Shown here one piece after another: positions 10,119 to 22,105 of a stretch of DNA of 64,000 bases (within the stretch, counting starts at the first letter, position 1; each line of letters starts with the position of its first letter). The stretch comes from Eledone cirrhosa (taxonomy: Eukaryota): positions 41,850,001 through 41,914,000 of the forward strand of contig OZ024748.1 in NCBI GenBank assembly GCA_964016885.1, read 5' to 3'. A model generated the notes under the pieces. That model was given only the letters and a program-made list of their open reading frames with translations, searched no databases and was not told the origin of the DNA. The position numbers and the translations under genes were made by a program.

Positions 10119-12818
10119 CAATTCAATAAGAATGTCTTTGGCCTTCTAATGGAGTTGGATGAATGAAGATAAGATGCTGTAAAATATATTAATAATTGAA
10201 TTCTATTAAAGAATTCTTAATTACTTAATTACATTTCAATAATCTTAACTGAATCCAGTGAAGAGAACCAATTATTGACATTTTACAAGAGAGTTTATTG
10301 AAATACTAGAAACTATTTCTTCTAGGAATATCGCAGGTATTTCCGTAGAGTTGTTTGCCAGTCTAATCTACACAGCTTCAGGTATTAAATGAGCAGCAAA
10401 GAAAGTAACTTCAATAGAGAGGACCAATACTAAATAGTTCTCTGCTGTATTTCAGTATAAAGTCAATGAAGAGATGACAAAAGGGGGAAATATTAGAGTA
10501 CAAACCAAATTGTCCTGGATTTCTACGATTGTAGTTGCCTGGCGGTGTAAAGAATCTTCCTCTACTGAAGCCTTGATTACGATCAAAACCTCGGCCTCGA
10601 CCACGCCCAATTTCCTGCAAAAAGAAAGTCTAACAACTTAATGAAGTAGAAGTAATTAGGAATAATTAGGAGTAATTAGGAATAATTAGTGAGGTGTGGC
10701 AGTGGAAAGACAGTCTAACAACTTCATGAAGTAGGAATAATTAGGAGTAATTAGCAAGGGGTGGCTGACACGGTGGACTAGGTGATTTCTCCATGGTACC
10801 AACATTATCTCTTTATAGTGTAGACTGTATGTTAAATGTTAGATGTCATATATATTAACTTTAAACATCCTGCAATGATGTAGCAGAAAATATCTAAAAT
10901 CTGGTTAATTCAAATGTTTATAGTATCTTTACTAGTTGACAGATTGTTGTGAAAATATACAGTAATAGAATAAAGACTTAAATTGTTTGATATGATACAG
11001 TCATAGTGTTGCTTTGTACTTTCCTAGAATGTCTTGCTAATGTGGTTTGATGTGGTACAGGACATTAAGGGTTCTTTATACTAGAGACTATAGAAGTGTT
11101 TTGTAAACTAACACCTCCATGATGGCTGAGTTGGCAGCAACAATACAGAATAAGTAGAAAGAAGAGAGATTTACAATAGAAGAGATAAGATGGATTAAAG
11201 ACTAACTTTATCTGGTCTTCTATTCAATCCTGTGGGCCCCATCAGTTGTTGGTTTGTCTTCTGTAATTTGTTAAAGTCATCAACATGCATGGAAGGAGGT
11301 CGACTGGTATTTGGGGGCCGAGAGCGGAAAGGATCTGAACGATTTGAAGCCATGCCCCTAGAAGCACCTCGACCTCTGATGGTTGCACCTACAGAAATAG
11401 AAAGTGGAGCTATTTATATATAAAGTCAAATATAAAGGTTAAATTAGAATAAAGTAACAGGTTCTTTCTGGTATTTAGGGATTGCAAAGCAACAATAAAA
11501 ACAAACTTCTGAAACCCAAAGGAAAACAGCCGTGTTAAACAGAGGACAACAGCCGTGTTAAACAGAGGACAACAGCCGTGTTAAACAGAGGACAACAGCC
11601 GTGTTAAACACAGGACAACAACCGTGTTAAACACAGGACAACAGCCGTGTTAAACACAGGACAACAACCGTGTTAAATAGAGGACCACAACCATGTTAAA
11701 CACAGGACAACAGTGTTAAACAGAGGACCACAGCCGTGTTAAACACAGGACAACAGTGTTAAACAGAGGACCACAGCCGTGTTAAACACAGGACAATAAC
11801 TCCGTTAAACTCAGGACCACAGCAATGGGAGAAAGGCAGCTGTCACTGACAAGAAAACATTTTAATTTTGTAGCAATAATATCATTGATATAAATAGAGA
11901 AATATGAACTTACCAAATTTTTGTTTAGTTCCCTTACCCCGAGGAAAGTGAACACCTTCAGAGGACTTCCGACGACCAAGTCTAAAGATATAGAAAACAT
12001 AAAATATTAAAAACAATTATTATTCCCCTGCACACAACTCTCTCTTTTTATTAAACAATTATTCCCCCCATCTACCAGCCTACCCCCAGCCTCAAGTGAC
12101 CTCAAGGAATTGAAGGTCACCAGCGATGCCTACACCTTCACAAAAAATAACAAAAATAAATCGGAAACAAGCCAACCTACCTATCCCGCTTGGGTTTTGG
12201 TGGTCCTTCATACGGTGTTGTATCAGTTGCTTTCTTCAATTCCTCTTCTAAGTTAAATTCAGGGCAGTATTTAGAAACTAACTCTTGGAGGTTGAAACGT
12301 ACCAAGTCCAACTCTATGTCGATATCGTCAGAATTTGCAGGTGACATCCAGTAAGCAGTGTTGAGACGTTCATCTTCAGAATCAGTGAGTACAAACAACG
12401 CTCTGTGGTTAAATAAGGAGTTCAGGGTTTCACCCTCTGCCATCACAGGTTCCACAAGTTCTGTGAAATATCATGAAACATAGAAGATATATATGATATA
12501 CTGAACGTTACAATATGAGACAGTAGATACAGTCAATATAGGTGGTGGTGCTGGTGGTGGTGGTGGTGGTGGTAGTGGTGATGGTGGTGATGATGGTGGT
12601 GGTTGTGGTGGTGGTGGTGGTGGTGATGATGGTGGTGGTGGTGGTGATGATGGTGGTCGTGGTGGTGGTGGTGATGGCGGTGGTGGTGGTGATGATGATA
12701 GTGGTGGTGGTCGTGGTGGTCGTGGTGATGGTGGTGGTGGTGGTGATGGTGGTGGTGTTGGTGGTGCTGTTGGTGGTGGTGGTGTTGGTGGTGCTGTTGG
12801 TGGTGATGGTGTTGGTGG

Positions 12819-12849
<31 letters not shown>

Positions 12850-15142
12850 GGTGGTGATGGCGGTGGTGGTGGTGGTGGTGGCGGTGAAGGTGGTGGTGGC
12901 GTTGGTGGTGATGGTGGTGGTGGTGGTGGTGGTGGTGGTGGTGGTGGTGATGACAGTGGTGGTGGTGGTGATGACAGTGGTGGTGGTGGTGGTGGTGATG
13001 ATGGTGACTAAATTACTTTAAAAAATAGTGAAGATATGAAACCATCTCCAATATTCTCCTACCTTTAGATTCACAAGTGTTTGCTTTGTTGTCTTGTACT
13101 AAGTGAACCAATGCAGAGAAACTTTCTACCAATGTATCCAGAGTTTCGTCATCTTTTGAACACTCCTGAAACAACAAATATAATCATATATACATATAAA
13201 CATATACATACATATATATATATATATATAAACACACGCACACACACATACATATATATATATATATGTAAAAGGTAAACAGAAATAGCAACACAATCGG
13301 TACATTATATGGAAGGGATATATTAGGTTAACGCTTGATATAGCAGGAAGAGCGTCTTAACGTTTCGGACGCTAGTCCTTCATCAGAAGAAAGAATGAGA
13401 AATAAGATAGATTGAGGGGACGGGCGGGTTGGAATTGGAAACAATGTCTTTAGATAAAAATAACAGGTCCATTCATGTTGACATCTCTTGATGCAGTAAA
13501 AACCAATTAGACCATTACTCACCAGAGTACTCAATACTTGGTGTAGTAGAGTAGGTAATATGAAAAATTCGGGACAACGACAGTTGAGCTCATGTCATTT
13601 CAACAGCTAGTAGTTGTGTTGAAACGGCAGAAGCTCAGCCATCGGGGTCCCGAATTTTTCATATTACCTACTCTACTACACCAAGTATCGAGTACTCTGG
13701 GCATTTTAAATCTAACAAAGCCCATCTCACTCCAGGTACATTATATATTATGTTATCAAGCTATATAATATAATTGTTTCTACTTTAGGCACAAGGCCAG
13801 CAGCTATATAATATAATATTATATATTATGTTATCATGTTATATAATACTAGCAGTGGTACCCGGCGTTGCACGGGATAAGGTATTTTGGAATGCGGGCC
13901 GCCAACAGACCAAATCGTGGAAAAACTGCATGCCTGTAAAGGAAATAAACCGAATACTCTGATGGCTGGATAATCTTTAAGATTTTCCTCGATGAAGCAG
14001 GAAAAATGCAGGTTTTCACCTAATGCAGGTCCTAGGGGATCAAGAAAATAAATTTTTTTAATGTGCATAATATGCCTTGAAATTTCAGGAAAATCGGCTA
14101 GACGTAACACCTCAAAAAACCCCTAATAAGCTTAAAAAACGCAGTTTTTCACCTAGGAGATCAAAGAGTTGAATTTTTTATGTGCATAACACTCCCTGGA
14201 ACATAAGTAATACACTTGTAAAGTTTGAATAAAGTCGGTTGGGTACTTCTCGAGTTTTAAGGATTCACAGACACACACACACACCCTCAGGGAAGTGACG
14301 TAATGCAGACAGCCAGACATGCAGACAGCCAGACATACAGACAGATATTATAAGGGTGCGACATTATATGTATGTATCTATCTAAAAAGAGAAAGACTAA
14401 GAATTATAGAGAGAGAGATCGATAAATCGCCTAATGCGGTCCCTAGGGCATTGAAAATTTGAATTTTTTTTTGCTCAGAACACTCCCTGAAACATAAGTA
14501 TTACATGTGTAAAGTTTGAAAACAGTCGGTTGGGTGGTTCTCGAGTTTTAGGGATTCAAACTCACACACACAGACAGACATCCTCAGTTTTATATATATA
14601 GCAGAAAACCACCCGGTGGGCGGTTTTCTGCTAGCAAATCTAGTGTATATACTGATATTGTTGAGATTTGGATGAGAAACGTTTTCGGCACCACATGTTC
14701 ACCGACTCTCGGTGTGTCTTTTATGCATGTATACATATATATGTTATCTATACGGTGAAATCTTTGAAATAAATATATGTTAAACCGAAAAAGGAGAAAA
14801 AGAGATTAGTGACGGAAATATAAACGTTATGATACCTAAACGTTATGATATAACGATGGAAATATATCTTCAAATGGTCCTTGGCATGGTGTCAAATCAG
14901 AACTGCCTCGAACTGGTTACTTCTGGGTTGTGCAAGGTGTCTCTATAGCAACCAGCGATTCCCTCGGCCTCAGTGACCAAAGTCGGTGGAGAGGGGAAGG
15001 TAATGTTTCTATAGCGACAGTGTTTCTCTTGGTAGTACCAAAGTGGAGAAAGGAAGGGGAAGGTAATATTTCTGTAGCACCTACATTTGAGTTTTAGGGA
15101 AGGACAGACAGACAGACAAACAGAGAAATGCCCATATATTTC

Positions 15143-15173
<31 letters not shown>

Positions 15174-17765
15174 TACACACACAGAAATGTATATATATTT
15201 CTGTGTGTGTATATATATCATCATCATCATCATCATCATCATATATATATATATTACACACACAGAAATGTATATATATTTCTGTGTGTATATATATATA
15301 TATTACACACACAGAAATGTATATATATTTCTGTGTGTATATATATATATTTCTGTGTGTGTATATATATATATATTACACACACAGGAATGTATATATA
15401 TTTCTGTGTGTATATATATATATATTACACACACAGAAATGTATATATATTTCTGTGTGTGTATATATATATATATATTACACACACAGAAATGTATATA
15501 TATTTCTTAGAACAAAATTATTATTAATGTTTTGCTGTTCATAACAATTGGAATTGAAAAATTACTTTTGAAATTATTAGTTATTTTACTAATGCTTAGA
15601 TATGTAAAAATGAAGCAATGTTTCTAATAATTGTTTCTACTTTTGGCACAAGGCCAGCAATTACCCAATACATTACTGGTACTTTATTTTATCGACCCCG
15701 TGAGGATGAAAGGCAAAGTTAACCTCGGCGGTATTTGAACTCAGACCGTAAAGGGACGTAACTCCATGCTATGAAGCATGGTGTCCGACTCTCTACAGAT
15801 TCTGCCAATCCACCGCCCTAATGTCTGTACGTAATGAGGGAGTGAGAGGGGAGAGAAAGAAAGGCAGAAGTGAAGTGACGAAGTGACTCTCTCCTCCTCC
15901 TCCTCCCCCATCTCCCCATTCGTCACAGCGATAGAGGGGAGGAATGTTAGTGTGTTACAAAGAGAAAGAGTGAGAGTCAGAGAAACAGACAGACTAAAAG
16001 AGAGGGATAGCTGGAGAGAGATAGCAACCACGCGCGCACGTGTTTCCACTGTCGGACAGACAGACAGACAGAAATTGCTGGTTATATATTATAAGGAGAT
16101 AATATTATATATTATGTTATGTTATATAATAAAATGTTATATATTATGTTATCATGTTATATAATATATATTGTGGTATCATGTTATATAATATATATAT
16201 ATATATTATGTTGTCATGTTATATAATATATTGTGTTGTATAATATAATATATATTATGTTATTATGTTATATAATATATATTATGCTATCGTGTTATAT
16301 AACATATTGTGTTGTATAATATAATATATTATCATGTTATATAATATATTATGTTATCATGTTATATTAAATATTATGTTATCATGTATAATATAATATA
16401 TATCATGGTATCATGTTATATAATATATATTATGTTATCATGTTATATTAAATATTATGTTATCATGTATAATATAATATATATTATGGTATCATGTTAT
16501 ATAATATATATTATGTTATCATGTTATATAATATATTATGTTATGTTATATAATATTGTTTCTACTTTTGGCACAAAGCCAGCAATTATCCCAGTGTATT
16601 ACTGGTACCTTATTTTATTGACTCCCGTAAGGATGAAAGGCAAAGTTAAACTTGGCAAGATTTGAACTCAGACCAGAAAGGGTCATAACTCTTTGCTGTG
16701 AAGCATGGCGTCAACCCTCTACCAATCCACCGCCTCATGTTATATAATATATATTAGATCAAGCTGTAATATATATAAAACTGAGGATGTATGTCTGTGT
16801 GTGTGTGTGTCTGTGAGTTTGAATCCCTAAAACTCGAGAAGTACCCAACCAATTTCTTTCAAACTTTACATGTGTATTACTTATGTTTCAGGGAGTGTTA
16901 TGCACATAAAAAAATTCAACTTTTTGATCTCCTAGGTGAAAAACTGCGTTTTTTAAGCTTATTAGGGGTTTTTTGAGGCGTTACGTCAGACCGATTTCCT
17001 TGAAATTGTAACTATGTATTAGTCAGTCTCTTCATACTGTGAGCAAAGAAAATCCAACTTTTTTATGGCCTAGGGTTCGCATTAGGTGAAAAACTTCATT
17101 TTTTCAGCTTTTTAGGGCTTTTTTGAGGCATTATATCTAGCCGATTTTCCTGAAATTTCAAGGCATATTATGCACATAAAAAAAATTCATTTTCTTGATC
17201 CCCTAGGGCCCGCATTAGGTGAAAACCTGCATTTTTCCTGCTTCATCAAGGAAAGTCTTAAAGATTATCCAGCCATCAGAGTATTCTGTTTATTTTCTTT
17301 ACAGATTATCCAGGCATTCAGTTTTTCCATGATTAGATCTGTTGGCGGCCCGCGTTCCAAAATATCTTATCCTGTGCAACGCCGGGTAGTATTTTACATT
17401 TCCTGACAGATATAGAAATGTGGAAGAGAAGAAGAAGAAAACTAAGACCAACCTCTAGCAGTTTTTCCAGTTCATAGAGTGGGTGGCATACATCTCGTGT
17501 TGTCCAGCTGATAAACTTACGTAATTCAGGTACAGTCAGTGTATATGTGCGTACAAACTCACTCTCTTCATCAGAGTTCTCAGCCAACAGAAGAAGTCGC
17601 AAGAACTCAACAGTTGCTGACAGAAGCAGTAAGAAGTCTGCGCTGTCTTTAGCGTATGTGTTGCGTAAGTTGGTGAGAAGTTTCAGCAATACGTGGTCTT
17701 GTTTCTCTAAACAGCTACAAAATAAAACAAAGCTTACAGTTAAAACTTATTAAGGGAACAGCACT

Positions 17766-17798
<33 letters not shown>

Positions 17799-20181
17799 CA
17801 TCATCATTTAACGTCCACTTTTCCCTGCTTGCAAGGGTGGGACGGGAACTGATTCTGGCTCGATTTCTACAGCTGGATGCCCTTCCTAACACCAACCTCA
17901 TTTACAGTGAGTGCTGGGTGCTTTTTTGCCGTGGCACCTCCACAACCACTTTGCAGTAGAATGATATGAACCCCAGTCCTATCATCTCATTTCTACAGCT
18001 GAGTAAATTGGAGCAATGTGAAATAAAGTGTCTTGCTCAAGGAAACAACACATCACCCAGTCTGAGAATTGAACTTACAACCTTTCAATTGCAAGGCCAA
18101 TGCTCTAACCCCTAAGCCATGTGCTTCCATTATATATATATCCATATATATATATATATATTCGGGGTAATGACAATTAGTAAGGTACTCAATACATTAG
18201 TAGAGTGTAAACATCAAGTTTAATATAGAAATGGCTTCTACAGGACTAGAACAGTTTCATTAAAAAGAAAACATCTGATAATTTCTTTAGAATGAAACAG
18301 TTCTAGTCATGTAGAAGCCATTTTTATATTAAACTCAATATATATAAGTTTATCCAGTTTGATATCGATGAATATTACTCATCGATATCACCTGAAACTT
18401 TGAATAGAGCCATTAAGTTTGCTAAGGATAACTCCGACCTTACAAACGATGAAATTAAGATTATATTAGAAGCTAGGAAAACTATAGTCAAATTTGAGAA
18501 CAGTTATTGGGTACGTAAAGATAGACCCTCTAACTTTGACATAACAATGGGCTCTAACGATTCGGCGGAAATAACTGATATTGTGGGGTTATTTATCGCC
18601 TTTAGACTCCAGGAAAAATTCAGCAATCTCCACGGCGGAATATACCGCGACGATGTTCTCCTCCTAGCTAAAAACCTTAATAACCAAAAACTAGAAAAAC
18701 TACGCAAAGATATAAGAAAACTACTACTCGAAATAGGACTAACTATAACATATGAATACAACCTTAAAGTAGTTAACTTCCTGGATGTCACACTCAATTT
18801 AAACTCTGGTTTGATTAAACCGTTTCATAAATTGAATGAAAATCTCAAATACGTAAATGTTGGGTCTAACCACCCCATCTCTATAATTAAATCTATCCCT
18901 AAAAATATTTCCCTTAGAATCTCGGGTCTATCTTCTAACATACAAGTATTTAAGGAACACGCCGAGTACTACGATAACGCCCTTAGTAAAGCAGGCTACC
19001 TCAACAAAATAGAGTACATAGATGGGAACAATCAAAACACCCAAAATAAATCCCACATAGGTAGATATAATAACACAACACCAAACCACACTTACTACCA
19101 TAGTATGCACACCAGTAAACCAACAAACAAAACTAATAGAAAGCGATGCAAAGAGTACTTATGGTATAACCCCGAATACAATAGTTCCATTAGTACAAAT
19201 TTACCAGTACTCTTCTTTAAAATAATTAAAAGACATTTTCCCACATCACACAAATACCACAAAATCCTAAACCCTACCACTATAAGACTGTCATACTCTA
19301 CAGCGTTAAACCTTGAACAACACATAAAAAAGATCAATACTAGAAGGTTAAACGAAAACACTAAGAACTTAAGTACAAAGAACCCCAAAAAAACAGTAGA
19401 CAATACACTACAGAACATAAATAAACCACACCTAAGTTCGTCCGCAATACTACTCCAGAGAAAACCCAACGTACACAACTGTAACTGCACCTATCCTGAC
19501 AACTGCCCCCTCGGCAATAACTGCCTGGAAAAAAATATTATTTATAAGTGTACCATTAAATCCGGAGGCAACGAGTGGTATTACGTGGGATCAACGGCAA
19601 CATCGTTTAAATCTCGATTGTATAGGCATTCTTACTCAATAAAACACCAGAGCCAAAGAAATGTAACAACTTTAGCAGAGAAAGCTTGGACGCTCAGGGA
19701 TAGCAATCAAAAGTTTACCCTAAAATGGGAAAAATTAGCTAAAACCCAAAGCTTTTCCAGGAGCCAAAATTTCTGCAAATTGTGTAATCTTGAGATTTAT
19801 TACATAATCACACACAAGAAGAAATTGCTGAATAACAGAATTGAACGAACATTATTCTGCCGTCACAGAACTAAAACCCTTTTTTTCCCACTACAAGCCG
19901 AATATTACATAAAAGAGGGACATCCCCCAACTATATAAACCTTAATCTAGTTAGAAAAATATAAAAACAATCTCTTCTCAACATATATTAATAACCTTAA
20001 ATTACCATACTAATAATGAAAAGATATGCTGATGAGAATAGGTACAAATATGCGATAATGAATGTGTCTAAAAACGTCCATAAGTATGTATATATATGTG
20101 AAAATGTATATAAATAAGTAAATATATATATATGTTTGATGTGTATAGTTAGATGTAAGTGTATTCATGTATTAAAGTGCT

Positions 20182-20212
<31 letters not shown>

Positions 20213-20221
20213 ATATGTGTG

Positions 20222-20268
<47 letters not shown>

Positions 20269-22053
20269 GTATGTATATATGTATGTATATATGTGTATGT
20301 ATGTATGTGTATATGGATGTGTATGTATGTGTATGTGTGTACACATGGACTAGAGTATGTATGTATATATGTGTGTGTCTATACGTGTGTATATATAAAG
20401 ATAAGTTGAGTATGAAAATGTATACACATGAGCGCGTATGTATGTACATGAATACATGTGTGTATATATATGTGTATGCATGTGTATATATATGTAAGTA
20501 TGAATATGTGAATTGTGAATATATGTATTTTGTAGAGGTGTGCAAATATATTTATGTGTGAATGCGTGGGCGAAAGAATACGTACACTTGAAAGAAAAAT
20601 TTAAGTCTGAATGTTAAGTGCAAACACAAAACCAACCACGCATATCTTTACTATCTCTAATCCTTCTATAGATTTAGAAAAATAACCAATAATATATTCT
20701 ATAAAAAATGTCAAAACAACAGATGGGAATCTAATTACTCACTGCCACCAAGAATTCTCACTGCTATCGAAAAACCACTCCTTCAACTATTCTTCTAACA
20801 ACTTCACCCCTTCCTCCTAATATTCTCTATAAAAACTAAATAGGTCCTCAGTAATATTATTCTGATGAAATGACAGTAAATAATAACATTGAAATATTGA
20901 ATGTCTGCATAACTAAAAGTTTGTAGATAGCTGTTTTAGGTTATGTAACTGTTATAGAAACACGTGTCAATAAATTCCTTTCAACTAAACTGTATCCATT
21001 CAAATCTTTCTATATATATATATATATATATATAGATAACAAATAGTTAAATACAAGGAAAAAAGGTACCTTTTTATTTGGTAGAAACCCCAGTCATGTT
21101 CACACAACAGCCCAAGTGTCCGGAGAGAGGATATATGCGTATTGCAGCTGTTTTCTGCATTGCTAATATGTTCTAAAAGTCCTGATACAATTTGATACAA
21201 ATGGCTACCAACTGGAAGAGCATTTGATAACTAGAACAAAGAACACATATATTATTAGCATCATTGAAGAGTTTAAACTAACATAGTATTAATTTTCTGG
21301 AGATTATTAATTCTGCCATAATCGTTTCTATACCAAACTGCCTGAAACTGATCCCTGCTTCTAGGATACAAAACTGTTTGTTTTAAAGTGTTTAGATTTA
21401 TCCCAAAACCTTCCATCATAATTTTATGTAAGAAAATTTGTTGAGTTATGTTCCAAATTGCCTGAAAATGACCCTGGTTCTATGATACAAAACAGTTTTC
21501 ATGGCGTGAAACAGGAACAGGACACCAGTTCATCACAGGGTTAAACTCCCAGTTATTAGTGGTACTCATTCTCAGCTGAGTATACTGGAGCAACATGACA
21601 TGAAGTGTTTTGCTCAAGAACACAACACACAACCCAGTCCAGGAATGGAACCCACGATATTACAATCGTAAATCCAACACCCTTACCACTAGGTCATGTG
21701 CCTCCATTATTTCTTCATTACCAACAACCCCTTTTATTTAAATGTATTCTTCCCTGGACCAGTCCACTTCTCTCGAAGAATAACAACTGAAAGAAATGTC
21801 TAGTTGTGATTTCTTTTAACTTAACTCACAGAGGTGAAAATAATAAATTAATTAGTAATTAAAGTCTATTGAGGTAATTAACATTAAAGTCTATTAAAGG
21901 TAATTAACACACCTGTTCTTGGATAGAGAGATCAGAATCTGGGGAAACAAGAGTTATTTCAGGGTCACACAGATTTTGAAGAATCGTCTGGAAAATAAAA
22001 TTTTGTAAAATTAGACTGAAATAAATGTCCACCATAACAGTACATCATGTGTG

Positions 22054-22105
<52 letters not shown>

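Larger units (their letters stand above)
18160..21010 (+). mobile_element. 5'-truncated Penelope-like retroelement (probably Naiad-type) with 3' region containing hammerheads
   Basis: Open RT plus GIY-YIG ORF, 45-bp inverted repeat at the 5' junction, hammerhead motifs at ~20025 and ~20857, (TA)n on both sides. Confidence 0.85.

Noticed and set aside
12542-13021. 159-aa poly-Val membrane-protein-like ORF
   Set aside because: (GGT)n microsatellite in an intron.
15081-16665. Multiple Tyr/Ile/Cys-rich ORFs (also at 20136-20561 and 23425-24973)
   Set aside because: Artefacts of TA/TG microsatellites and minisatellites.
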